A stretch of DNA of 64,000 nucleotides from Nitrospinaceae bacterium (lineage in GTDB: Bacteria > Nitrospinota > Nitrospinia > Nitrospinales > Nitrospinaceae): NCBI GenBank assembly GCA_965223665.1, contig OZ245011.1:2112001-2176000 (forward strand). The letters are read 5' to 3'. Below the pieces are notes generated by a model. The model had not been told where the DNA came from. It saw only the letters and a list, made by a program, of their open reading frames with translations, and searched no databases. The position numbers and the translations under genes are program-made. Shown piece by piece: positions 42,666-52,343 of this stretch. The number at the start of each line of letters is the position of its first letter. Within the stretch, counting starts at the first letter, position 1.

Positions 42666-43148
42666 ATGAAACGAATCTTGTTTACATTGCTATTGGCTGT
42701 GGTTCTTTGGGGTGGGATTGTGGCGGAGGGTGCGCTCGCGGCGGACCGGAATTACACGATCACAAACTGCAACCGTAAAAAACTGTGGGAGGATGTATCT
42801 AGCCGCATCCAGGTTCACAAACCCGAATTGATTGAGTACCTTAAAGAAAACATTAAATCCGATAAAGAAAGACCCCAATTAAGCGAATCCGATTACAAAG
42901 TTATTGAGGAATTTGACAAAAGTATTCAATGGCACGTCTCGGAATGTATTTTATTTATGAGAGAAGCCAATCAATTAATCGATTCCATTTATAAAGTTAA
43001 TTCTGAAAATGCCGACAATATTTCTTGGTATTTTATTGATTTATTTTCACGAAAAGATATCCCTTACATAAGACTTTGGAATAGGAATACTGAAAAAAGA
43101 TCCTTTTCCTTTAACTTTTCTCCTTTAGAACCTGAAAAAATTTATTAA
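42666..43148 (+). CDS. ~160-aa exported protein family, copy 2
   Basis: Same motifs as copy 1; 38-nt overlap with the remnant at 43111. Confidence 0.85.
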   Translation: MKRILFTLLLAVVLWGGIVAEGALAADRNYTITNCNRKKLWEDVSSRIQVHKPELIEYLKENIKSDKERPQLSESDYKVIEEFDKSIQWHVSECILFMREANQLIDSIYKVNSENADNISWYFIDLFSRKDIPYIRLWNRNTEKRSFSFNFSPLEPEKIY

Positions 43149-43368
43149 TCTTGACTTTCAAGGGCTTTGATAAATATTTTTTAAAAATTTCATATTTTTT
43201 ATCCATCCCTTCCCCTTCATTTTTCACAGCCATCTTCCTAACATCGTTCATCATTTTTTTCCCGAGCATAAATTCACTGATCACAAATGCGAATCGATTG
43301 TTGGTTTTGTCATAATCATCCCAAAGATACTTGAATAAATATGCTTCCACCAACTTGATTTGCTCAAC
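43111..43368 (-). pseudogene. Orphan 3' fragment of an SLT-like ejection-protein tip
   Basis: VEQIKLVEAYLF..W..Y.KT.N..AFVI.EF matches the C-terminus of the 44393 protein. Confidence 0.75.
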
Positions 43369-43403
43369 AATTCCAAATTTCCCTTATTAAACTTTTGAGA
43401 GAG

Positions 43404-43910
43404 GACCGATGTGCTCCCTCTTTTCTAAAGAGGGCTGGGGTGATTCACATTTTCATGGGTTTTCTATAAAATTGTTTTATGAACACCTCAAGAAATCCGA
43501 AACCTAGAGTTCCCTATAAAACTTCTTTAAAAGAAAAAGCACGACACTTACGCAACAACCCGACTCCCGCTGAGAAATTATTCTGGAACACTCTTCGTAA
43601 AATGCCCTTTTATTAAAAGAGAATTTTTAATCGGCAAAAACCCATCGGCCCTTACATTGTTGACTTTTTCTGCTATCAGCACAATCTTATCATCGAAATT
43701 GATGGCAACACTCATGCTCCCGATGGAAAAAGCTCTCTTGATATTAAGCGAACCCAATACCTGAAATCTTTAGGATATCGGGTTATTCGATTTTACAACC
43801 AGGATGTTTTAAACAATATCGATGGTGTCATGTTAGTTTTAGAGAAAGAACTCAAAACCCCTGGAGGTGAATCACCCTAGCCCTCTTTAGAAAAGAGGGA
43901 ACGCATCGGC
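43404..43910 (+). mobile_element. DUF559-like endonuclease pseudogene (43479..43880) flanked by inverted REP-like repeats
   Basis: ARHLRNNPTPAEKLFW..(TAA)..RQKPIGPYIVDFFC..IEIDG..H; ~60-bp inverted repeats at about 43404-43463 and 43854-43910. Confidence 0.75.
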
Positions 43911-43947
43911 TTCCCAATCAGAATTATTTTTGATACAATTGGTAGTT

Positions 43948-44430
43948 ATGAAACGAATCTTGTTTACATTGCTATTGGCTGTGGTTCTTTGGGGTGGGAT
44001 TGTAGTGGAATCTGCGCTGGCGGCAGACCGGAACTACAAAATCGAAAACTGCGATCGCAAAAAACTATGGGAAGGTTTTTCAATTGAACTGCAAATTGAA
44101 AAACCGGAACTGATCGAATTTTTAGATAAATATGTTAAACCTACAAAAGAAGCTCCTAAATTAAACGAATCCGACTACAAAGATATTGAACAGTTTGACC
44201 AAAAATTTCAATGGAATGTTTCTGAGTGTATATTATTTTTTAAAGAAGCAAATCAATTAATAAATTCTGTCTATGAATTGGACAATAAGCAAGCTACTAA
44301 TATTTCTTGGGTGTTTACTTATTTATTTTCAAGAATGGACATCCCCTATGTCGACTTTTACAATAGAACTACGGACAAATGGTCTTTTACCTTTAACTTT
44401 GCGCCTTTAAGGCAAGGAAAAACTTATTGA
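43948..44430 (+). CDS. ~160-aa exported protein family, copy 3
   Basis: Same motifs; 38-nt overlap with 44393. Confidence 0.85.
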   Translation: MKRILFTLLLAVVLWGGIVVESALAADRNYKIENCDRKKLWEGFSIELQIEKPELIEFLDKYVKPTKEAPKLNESDYKDIEQFDQKFQWNVSECILFFKEANQLINSVYELDNKQATNISWVFTYLFSRMDIPYVDFYNRTTDKWSFTFNFAPLRQGKTY

Positions 44431-47400
44431 TACCCTTTTGCTTGTCCCCATCTAAATACTTACTAACAATTTCATATTTTTCGTGATCTCCTTTTTTCTT
44501 AATTTTTTTTGCCTGTTCCCTAGCTCTTTCTATCGCAGACTTTCCGTATAAAAACTCTCCAATCACAAAGGCCAAAGGATTTTTGGTTTTGTTGTATTTC
44601 TTCCACAACCGACCAAACAAATACGCTTCCACCAACTTGATTTGCTCAACCGGGTTTTTCATGACATCGTCAACGTTAAAGTTCAATCCCTCCACCTTCA
44701 ACAGGTTCACCGCATCCACCATGGTCTGCACCTTCGGTCGGGTCAGTTGGAACAAGCCTTTCTCTCCAGTTGACTTCACCAACTTCGGGTTGAGTCCCGA
44801 TAACATCTGCCCCAATGCACCCAACGTCCTATTGATCTGCCGGTCCGCCACCTCATATTCAAAGGGCGCGGTCTTGGTGACTTGATCAAAACTTTGAATG
44901 ATCTCCCGCTCACTATTAAAACTCACAGCACCCACTTTCCAATCCCCTTGCTGCGCGAACAATTCCGGAGCGCGGCCTTGTTTATCGCGGATAATTCCAT
45001 CGATCAAATTCCCCACCGGTGCGCGAGCCCCTTGTGGAAGGCTGTTTAACATTTCATCTTTTCCGTCCTTTAAGGTTTCCCCGGTCATTCGATACGCATT
45101 TTCGGCCAATACCGTCAGATTATATACCGTACCCTCCGTAAACATCAGGTAATCTCCCAGGCGCACTTTACCTTCTTCCCCTTCCATTTCCTCTTTGAAA
45201 ACTTCCAAAGATTCTTCATCCATTCGCATGACCTTCGGAGCTTTCTTATGAGCCAACGCCTTGTGGACCACCGTCGGCGGCTTGTTTCCATCCGCTATTA
45301 TTTGTTGAACTCCTCCGGCGGGCGTCAGGGCATCCAGCGGAAAAAATTTCGATACACTTTTACCGATCACATCGGCGACGTGTTCATTTTGCACAAGTTC
45401 TCCCTTACCGTTCCAAACCATGATCGCTTTCCGGTCCTGCTGCAAACGTGCTTCATAAACTTCGGCAATGTTTTGCATGGTCAGTTCTTTGTTTTCCCGT
45501 TTGAGTTTTTCCCCAATGGCATTACGCATACTCTCCGGAAGAGCGATCAGGTCCTTCACAAACACCTTCTTGTCCCCTACATTGACATAGGAAGAAAGAA
45601 TCTCCTTGTTCGTCAACTCAACTATCCGGCGGCTGACACCATTTATAAATACTTTGTCATGAAACAGACTATTCATGTAATAAGACATTTCTTTTTCACT
45701 GGGTTCCCGACCTAATTTTTCCTTAAAGTTTTTAAACTTAATTCCTAAAAAAGCATTGGCTCTATCGAAAACATTTTTACGAGTTTCCCGACCCAGGCCA
45801 TTGGCTTTAGCAATGCCCGACAACTTGTTTTGAAAGTTCGCCTTTTTTTCAAGAGAGCTTTCGGACTGAACCGTCTTTTGCCATTGTTTAAAGTTATCCA
45901 CCGTCCAATGTTTTTGAATCAGTTCGTTCAGTCGGGTCTCATCAAACACTTCTTCAAAGGAGCCGCCCTCTGACAATACTTTTTGTAAAACGTCCGTCAA
46001 GACCACGTTTCTAAACTCCGGGTCAAAGTTCACCGACTCCACTTTTTGGCTTAGCGTTCGCAACAGATTCAGTTTATTTTGCAACCGCGTTTTCACCACA
46101 TTGATATCCCCAACCTGCTGTACCTCTCCCTGTTCCGAGTTTTGAACGATTCGTTGATCTTCCTGAATCCCTCCTATAAATTCGTATAGCTTCGAGCGAA
46201 ACTTTCCTTTTTCGTAATGATTCACATCGAATTGATACGCGAAGTTTTTCGCGGGATCCCGGTCACTTAACAAAATGTTATCCACCCATCCCCCAACGGT
46301 TCGGGATTCCTGCTTCAACACGTAATGAGAATTTTCTTCTTTCGCCGATTCCTTAACTTGACCCTGAGACGCAATATCATTTTGGGTAGAGACCAATGTG
46401 GCGGCAGTTCCATCTGCACTGTCTTCTTCAAGGTTCACATCCAGCGAAGTTTTAAACGGCCGTCCGTCATCCACCGCCAATACCGCCTTCCCCGTGAATT
46501 GAGGGGGTTGAAACTCCGGGTCACCCTGCGTGCGCTCTTTGAGTTGCGCCTTCATTACCTGCTTCGTTTTTTCATCTAAAGAATTAAAATCCGGATGGTA
46601 ATGCAAATCCACCAGCGTGGGACTCGTCGGACTGTCCCAAATAAACTTGAAAACCTTCTCACTGTTATCATAGTTCAGTTTTAATTGTTTTCGCTTCTCC
46701 TCCAGATTCCGATGCACCAGTAACTGCCGGGTCATCTCCAACTCTTCCGGATCATCAATATGCCGGAGTTCCTCCTGTTGCTCTTCTTCCGGCAAGGACT
46801 CCAGCACCACCACATTGTGCTGAGCTTTTTCCAGAGTCACCCTTTCCTTAATCCGCGCTTCCAGTTGCGCTTTGTCGGTTTTGACAAACTTGTTTTGATT
46901 CTCCTTAAAAAATTGCTCCGCCTCTTCCCCTTGCTGGCGGTCCAGTAAGCCGTTAACCACACTCAGGGCCACCGCTTCTTCAATATTGGCGGTTTCCGCC
47001 TGGTCCCGTTCCTCACTCCACTCCATCGCCACTTTCATTTGACCCATGGTTCGGTACAAACTCACAATGTGTTTTTCTCTTCCATCAACATCGAGCGGAT
47101 TATCACGTATCGCTTTCAGCAAAGCGGCACGCGTGTGCTGGTAATCCTGAATCAGAGCCCGTTTCCGCTGAGTTTCTTCATACACTCCAGCCCGTTGAAA
47201 CAAATCTGCAAATTTTTGTTTTAAAATGGGCTCATACTCTTTCCGCACATACGACCGCATACCCCCTAACGCATTTTGGAGAGCCTGAAATTTTTCCGAG
47301 GCCGTATCCAATCCGTACTTTTCCATGAGTTCCGGATCCGTCGTGACGGTGGCACTTTCACTTGTAGTCGTATCAGCCGGTTCGAACAAAGGTTTTACGA

Positions 47401-47701
47401 TCTTAACAAGCGCATCCGTGTAGCCAAAACTCCTCTCTCCTTTCAAGGGAGCCAACGTTTTCATTACACTTTCTACATACTCGGTCGTCGCTTTATCTGC
47501 TTTCATTACGGATTGACCATCCGACCTGCGTCTTTGCACGTCCATGAATACAGCCGCTTCGCCTAAAGTGTCACTGAGTGCGGCCAGATTGCGCACTTTC
47601 GCTCCACCGACCAGTTCCGGCGTGACATTCAAACGCAACTGGCCGCCCCCAAGGGATTGGGGATTCACGGTGGGGTTATTTAACGCGGGGATTTTGGGCA
47701 T
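44393..47701 (-). CDS. Internal virion (ejection)-like protein with degenerate SLT-like C-terminal domain
   Basis: MPKIP start, long helical body, position in the structural cluster; tip KGLFQLT..PVEQIKLVEAYL..PLAFVIGEF. Confidence 0.75.
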   Translation of the reverse strand: MPKIPALNNPTVNPQSLGGGQLRLNVTPELVGGAKVRNLAALSDTLGEAAVFMDVQRRRSDGQSVMKADKATTEYVESVMKTLAPLKGERSFGYTDALVKIVKPLFEPADTTTSESATVTTDPELMEKYGLDTASEKFQALQNALGGMRSYVRKEYEPILKQKFADLFQRAGVYEETQRKRALIQDYQHTRAALLKAIRDNPLDVDGREKHIVSLYRTMGQMKVAMEWSEERDQAETANIEEAVALSVVNGLLDRQQGEEAEQFFKENQNKFVKTDKAQLEARIKERVTLEKAQHNVVVLESLPEEEQQEELRHIDDPEELEMTRQLLVHRNLEEKRKQLKLNYDNSEKVFKFIWDSPTSPTLVDLHYHPDFNSLDEKTKQVMKAQLKERTQGDPEFQPPQFTGKAVLAVDDGRPFKTSLDVNLEEDSADGTAATLVSTQNDIASQGQVKESAKEENSHYVLKQESRTVGGWVDNILLSDRDPAKNFAYQFDVNHYEKGKFRSKLYEFIGGIQEDQRIVQNSEQGEVQQVGDINVVKTRLQNKLNLLRTLSQKVESVNFDPEFRNVVLTDVLQKVLSEGGSFEEVFDETRLNELIQKHWTVDNFKQWQKTVQSESSLEKKANFQNKLSGIAKANGLGRETRKNVFDRANAFLGIKFKNFKEKLGREPSEKEMSYYMNSLFHDKVFINGVSRRIVELTNKEILSSYVNVGDKKVFVKDLIALPESMRNAIGEKLKRENKELTMQNIAEVYEARLQQDRKAIMVWNGKGELVQNEHVADVIGKSVSKFFPLDALTPAGGVQQIIADGNKPPTVVHKALAHKKAPKVMRMDEESLEVFKEEMEGEEGKVRLGDYLMFTEGTVYNLTVLAENAYRMTGETLKDGKDEMLNSLPQGARAPVGNLIDGIIRDKQGRAPELFAQQGDWKVGAVSFNSEREIIQSFDQVTKTAPFEYEVADRQINRTLGALGQMLSGLNPKLVKSTGEKGLFQLTRPKVQTMVDAVNLLKVEGLNFNVDDVMKNPVEQIKLVEAYLFGRLWKKYNKTKNPLAFVIGEFLYGKSAIERAREQAKKIKKKGDHEKYEIVSKYLDGDKQKGINKFFLALKAQS

Positions 47702-47815
47702 AAAGTTCACCTGAGTTGAGTGTTACACGGTTTGTTTGAAATTTCCTAAAAAAAGTTTCGATTACAATGTTTATTCCATTGACATCATTTTCAAAGAGTC
47801 CTATATTATTCACAT

Positions 47816-47942
47816 GCCGCCTCGTGCTCATCCCTCCTCTGCAGTCTCACTGGATGTGATTTAGTTTGGGATTGCTTATGAAGCAGGGATGTCAGGTCCA
47901 GGGACATCTAAGGCGTTTGTGGGGGCGCTTTCGCGAGGCGGC
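47816..47942 (+). ncRNA. Structured RNA unit 1 (type A)
   Basis: TTGACA(47779)-N17-TATATT; closing stem GCCGCCTCGTG/CGCGAGGCGGC; three internal hairpins. Confidence 0.8.
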
Positions 47943-48102
47943 TCCGGATTCTCTCCTTCCCCATTTATTCTAATTTTGATTCTTACAATCATTTAGAAAA
48001 CTCGGGGTTACCTGCTGGTAGATTTTCGGAAAGTGGTTCCATTTTCGTTTTCCGAACAGTTAGTATTGACACGATCATTGAATAATCCTATAGTAATCAT
48101 AA

Positions 48103-48228
48103 GCCGCTTCGTGCTCTGCCATCAAGAGCATGCTGACTAGGTTATTTTTTTCAGTATAGCTTTGGAAAGTAGGGGCATCCAGTCTAGGGGTGCCTGAAGT
48201 GTTTGTGGGGGCACTTCCTTGGAGCGGT
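48103..48228 (+). ncRNA. Structured RNA unit 2 (type B)
   Basis: TTGACA(48066)-N17-TATAGT; same fold with divergent sequence. Confidence 0.75.
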
Positions 48229-48293
48229 TTAAATTTCGTTTTCCGAATATTTAGTATTGACACGATCATTTAAAAATCATATATTATTAACAT

Positions 48294-48419
48294 GCCGCTT
48301 CGTGCTCATCCCTCCTGGATAATCTCACTGGACGCGTTATCATTGGGGTTATCTACCAAGCAGGGGTGTCAGGTCCAGGGACATCTAAGGCGTTTGTGGG
48401 GGCGCTTTCGCGAGGCGGC
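48294..48419 (+). ncRNA. Structured RNA unit 3 (type A)
   Basis: TTGACA(48257)-N17-TATATT; same fold. Confidence 0.8.
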
Positions 48420-48582
48420 TCCAGATTCCCTCCTTCCCCATTTATTCTAATTTTGATTCTTACTATCATTTAGAAAACTCTGAATTCCCTGCAGGTGGAA
48501 TTTCAAAAAGTGGCTCAAATTTCGTCTTCCAAAAAAAAAATGGTATTGACACGATCATTGTAAAATCATATATTATTCATAA

Positions 48583-48704
48583 GCCGCTTCGGACTCTAAC
48601 GCCAGGGACTTTACTGACTAGGCCTTAATTCAGTATTAGTTTCGACAGGAGGGACATCAGGCCTAGGGATGTCCAAAAGTGTTCGGGACACTTTACGAAG
48701 CGGT
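48583..48704 (+). ncRNA. Structured RNA unit 4 (type B)
   Basis: TTGACA(48546)-N17-TATATT; loops CTAGGCCT/AGGCCTAG perfectly complementary. Confidence 0.75.
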
Positions 48705-48769
48705 TGATATATTTCTTCTTCCGAATTTCTTGTTGACACGATCATTTAAAAATCATATATTATTCACAT

Positions 48770-48896
48770 GCCGCCTCGTGCTCATCCCTCCTGGGTAATC
48801 TCACTGGACGCGTTATCTTTGGGGTTACTTGTGAAGCAGGGATGTCAGGTCCAGGGACATCTAAGGCGTTTGGTGGGGGCGCTTTCGCGAGGCGGC
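48770..48896 (+). ncRNA. Structured RNA unit 5 (type A), adjacent to the nuclease-tipped gene
   Basis: TTGACA(48733)-N17-TATATT; same fold. Confidence 0.8.
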
Positions 48897-48941
48897 TCCG
48901 GATTCTCTCCATCCCCTTTTATCTAATTTTTATTCTTACAC

Positions 48942-51900
48942 TCAATTAGAAATCTCGGAATTTCCTGCTGGTGGGTTTTCAGAAAGTGGTTCCATTTTTC
49001 CCTTCTTCACTTTATTTTTTATGTAGTTTCCGGACTCAGGAAAACTACTTCTAACTGTATAAAATGTCTCCTTTTCTTCTATAAGTTCTAGAACGGCTAT
49101 TTTTCCCTTACCATTTCTTTTAACTATAATCACGGCTCCATTAGATTTTTGATAAAGCGCTTCAGTATAATTTTTTGTAATATCATAAACAAATTCAGTA
49201 AGGTTTTTGTACTCTGGAAAGTCCCTAAGAATCTTTTCAACTCTGTTAGGGGTTGCCTCAATATGGATACGACCAAAATCATTATCACCTACTTGAAATC
49301 TAATTTTATGTGCCGGAACTTTTCTTCCAGACGGAGTATACATTTCTTTCATTTCCCCAAAGTCGATTCCCCCATCCGGTGATTCCACAAAAGCCTTCGG
49401 GCCCATTCGGATGGAGCCTCTTTCGGAGCGGAGCCACTCGGGAACGGCTTCTACAAAACCGGAACGTTTGACTTCTTTTATGAACTCGACCAGGTGTTTT
49501 ACCCCTTTGCCGGTCAGTTCAAACGCTTCGCCCATGGCTCCGCCTTCGACCACGTTCTTCAGGGCTTTTTCCAGTTCGCTGTCGTCGATTTTCGAGGCCA
49601 GGAAATCGGTAAGAGGATTACGCAGTTCGGGGGCCATTTCGTTGAACAGGTTGGAAAGGTTCTGATCCCGATCCACCGTCAGCAAGTCCGCCGCGATGCC
49701 CGCGATCACGTTCCCGGAACTAAAAAATTCTTTCGACAACACCGCATTTCCCTTGGCAAAGATTCTACGACTGACCAGAAATCCCAACGCAAACGAAAAC
49801 AGTCCGCGAGCCATTTGCACGCCGGGGTTGCTGGAGGCTTCCATCCGCTCCATTTCTATGGGCATGCGTCCGCCGATTCCCCAGTCGTCCAGCCATTCCT
49901 GAACTGTGGTGTTACCGATTTTCAAATCCCGCAGGTCCTGTCCCAGCTCCGTCACCAGAGTCAACAAATTGATCGCCGCATCTTTCGTTCCACCGACGAC
50001 AATGTTCTCGGCCTGGCTCAATAAGCTTTCTTCCCGCCGAAGTTCGGTGTTATCCATACCTGCCAATCGAATTTTAAAATCTCCTCCAAGGGCAACGCCA
50101 TTCGCAAGAGTGACCTGCTTCCCCTGAGACTGAAGTTCTTTTACAAAGATTTCTTTTTTCTCCGGCGGCAATTGCAATAGATTCACGTATTCCTCAAAAC
50201 TGATGTCCTGTTTATTAAACCGGGCATTTTCTCTCAGGGTTTTGTTCTGACTCAAATGGGTCGCAAAATCAGGGATCGATAACTCGATGTCCGTTCCGGG
50301 ATTTAGTGAATTCAATTGCGAGGCAAGGTCGGGAACATTTTGAATAAGATCTTTAAGGTCCAATCCTTCAGTCTCCAGAGCCTGTTGAAACGTTTCCCGA
50401 TTAATAAACACTTTTGGCGTTTGGCTCCCGAAAACCTCAGGATGGTTTTCAACCACTTCTCCTATGTACTGCTTCACTCTTGCGCGGGCGACTCCCTCCG
50501 GCGGCACATCTTTGACCGCTTCATGAATATCCTCCAACATTCTTTTCGTGAGAATAGGCTGATTCGGGTTCGGCTCTGTTCGCTGAGGCAGTCTCAATGG
50601 GGAATTGCCTGTGGAGACCCGGGTCCCTTCGATGAGCGCATTTTCCGGAGAATTATTTTTTATACTATTCCTGGGTAATGGTGGACTTATGGTTTTACTG
50701 GTCCCCTTTGAAGATTTTGGCATCACTTTTTTCAATATCAATTGGGGAACTCCTTCGGCAAATGCTTTATACACCGCATCCGTGGCTTTATCCAATACCT
50801 GTTGTAACCGCTGGGTCGGCGATAACAAAGATCCGGGTTTTTGGGGATCGGATTCCACCGCCATTTCTTTACCCAATTCACTGAAAAATGACTGTAAAAC
50901 ATTTTTTTCCATTTCTTCCGTGATCCCCTGGCTGGTCTGATTGATAGCCTTCAGTAATTTTTTTCCTTTTTTACTGGTCAAAAATGTTTTGATTCCATCC
51001 GAGATATATTTTTTGGAAGCTTTGGAGAGCGGTTTGGTAAAAATCTTCCCGCCAAAAAATTCTACCGCCGCATTGATGGTAGCCACATTGAAGGCAATCG
51101 GTTTGGCCAATTCCATAGAGGTTCCATTCATTACCAGTTCAGCAATCGTCGTTCCATATTGGGTTTTCCAGGTATCGTACGCATCACCGCCTCTGATTCC
51201 CAACCCAAACCCCGTCAAACCGAAAGCCGGTAACGTGACGGCTTCTTCGGGAAGAAAATTGAGTCCCGGAAAATTTCCCAGAATCAGGGATAACTCCACA
51301 CCCGCCAGTGCTCCCGTAAAACCGCCTGTCAACAATTCAGGAGATTTGTGTGCGATATTTGTAAATACTTCCGCGACATTAAAAACCGTTCCGGTCCCCT
51401 TGTTTTGACCCATTAACCGTTCCAAATTTTTAATTTTGTTGAGTGCGGCATCAAATTCTTCCTGGGTGCGACCAGGCTGACTCATGTAATTGCCAATTTC
51501 TGCCCGCTTTCGAAAATAGCCAACAAACTTCATCGCTTTGCCCACATCAATCACGCCTTTTTCAAACACACCTAATTTCCCGACCCTGCCAAAGTCCATT
51601 GAAAAATAATTGAAGTCTTCGGTCATCTTCTTCTGCAATACAGTAGTATCTTTGAAAACCTCTGCGGTCCTTTGGTGATTCCATTCCTTTTGGGCATTTT
51701 GGAAATCGTTTTTTATGATTTCAACCGGTATATCCAGTTTGCGCGATAGAAACTGGATTTGCGCCGCATGTTCCGGAGACACTGAAGAAGAAACCAAAGT
51801 GAATGGGTTTTCCGGCTGTTCATTACGAATAGAACGTTTCAATCCCATAGCGCCATCATAGAACGCGCCAAGTCCTAATCCTCTATCTTCGGATTGTTTG

Positions 51901-52280
51901 TCAAAAACAACTTCTTCCAGAACAGTGGGTGGCCCCACTTGGGCATGCACCTCCCCCTGAGACGGGTTGGACGGAAGATCGCTTTCACCGGTCCCCGGTT
52001 CATTGACATTCAGTCGATTTCCCTGATTACCAAAGTCACCTTTCATTCCTGCATCAAATGGCTCGGTTGAAGACGAGCTATTCGAGCGGCCTAAAGAAGC
52101 CAATTGAACGGGGTCCCCTTCAGAGGGTTCTGTGGAAGGTTCGTTGCCCTCGAATCTCTGTCCAGGATTCGGTGGGTTTAATGGAGATTCTAAAGTATCA
52201 GTATCTTCATCGATGGAGTCCGCTTCTACTGAAACGGAGGATGCCCGTGAAGTGGGTTGTTTTTTAATTTTGATGCCCAT
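48942..52280 (-). CDS. Large internal virion-like protein with C-terminal BECR/PBECR-like nuclease domain
   Basis: Follows the small internal virion gene; Gly/Ala hydrophobic segments; tip DGGIDFGE..IRFQVGDNDFGRIHIE..FVYDITKNY..YTVRSSFP. Confidence 0.7.
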   Translation of the reverse strand: MGIKIKKQPTSRASSVSVEADSIDEDTDTLESPLNPPNPGQRFEGNEPSTEPSEGDPVQLASLGRSNSSSSTEPFDAGMKGDFGNQGNRLNVNEPGTGESDLPSNPSQGEVHAQVGPPTVLEEVVFDKQSEDRGLGLGAFYDGAMGLKRSIRNEQPENPFTLVSSSVSPEHAAQIQFLSRKLDIPVEIIKNDFQNAQKEWNHQRTAEVFKDTTVLQKKMTEDFNYFSMDFGRVGKLGVFEKGVIDVGKAMKFVGYFRKRAEIGNYMSQPGRTQEEFDAALNKIKNLERLMGQNKGTGTVFNVAEVFTNIAHKSPELLTGGFTGALAGVELSLILGNFPGLNFLPEEAVTLPAFGLTGFGLGIRGGDAYDTWKTQYGTTIAELVMNGTSMELAKPIAFNVATINAAVEFFGGKIFTKPLSKASKKYISDGIKTFLTSKKGKKLLKAINQTSQGITEEMEKNVLQSFFSELGKEMAVESDPQKPGSLLSPTQRLQQVLDKATDAVYKAFAEGVPQLILKKVMPKSSKGTSKTISPPLPRNSIKNNSPENALIEGTRVSTGNSPLRLPQRTEPNPNQPILTKRMLEDIHEAVKDVPPEGVARARVKQYIGEVVENHPEVFGSQTPKVFINRETFQQALETEGLDLKDLIQNVPDLASQLNSLNPGTDIELSIPDFATHLSQNKTLRENARFNKQDISFEEYVNLLQLPPEKKEIFVKELQSQGKQVTLANGVALGGDFKIRLAGMDNTELRREESLLSQAENIVVGGTKDAAINLLTLVTELGQDLRDLKIGNTTVQEWLDDWGIGGRMPIEMERMEASSNPGVQMARGLFSFALGFLVSRRIFAKGNAVLSKEFFSSGNVIAGIAADLLTVDRDQNLSNLFNEMAPELRNPLTDFLASKIDDSELEKALKNVVEGGAMGEAFELTGKGVKHLVEFIKEVKRSGFVEAVPEWLRSERGSIRMGPKAFVESPDGGIDFGEMKEMYTPSGRKVPAHKIRFQVGDNDFGRIHIEATPNRVEKILRDFPEYKNLTEFVYDITKNYTEALYQKSNGAVIIVKRNGKGKIAVLELIEEKETFYTVRSSFPESGNYIKNKVKKGKMEPLSENPPAGNSEISN

Positions 52281-52343
52281 AATATTTTGATTCCAAATTT
52301 GTATTGATTTAATTATCTCGACGTGGCAAAAAGATTTTTATTT

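Noticed and set aside
48075-48269. 64-aa minus-strand ORF
   Set aside because: Antisense to RNA unit 2 and not preserved in the other units
47816-48896. tRNA cluster
   Set aside because: Cloverleaf-like but ~125 nt, with no canonical T-arm or D-loop in position and no CCA end
47816-48896. phi29-type packaging pRNA
   Set aside because: Complementary loops are reminiscent, but the capsid/portal are not phi29-like and the linkage is to the nuclease gene end; not excluded, only unsupported
47779-48941. CRISPR array
   Set aside because: Units are long, individually promoted and structured throughout; there is no short repeat/unique spacer pattern and no cas gene
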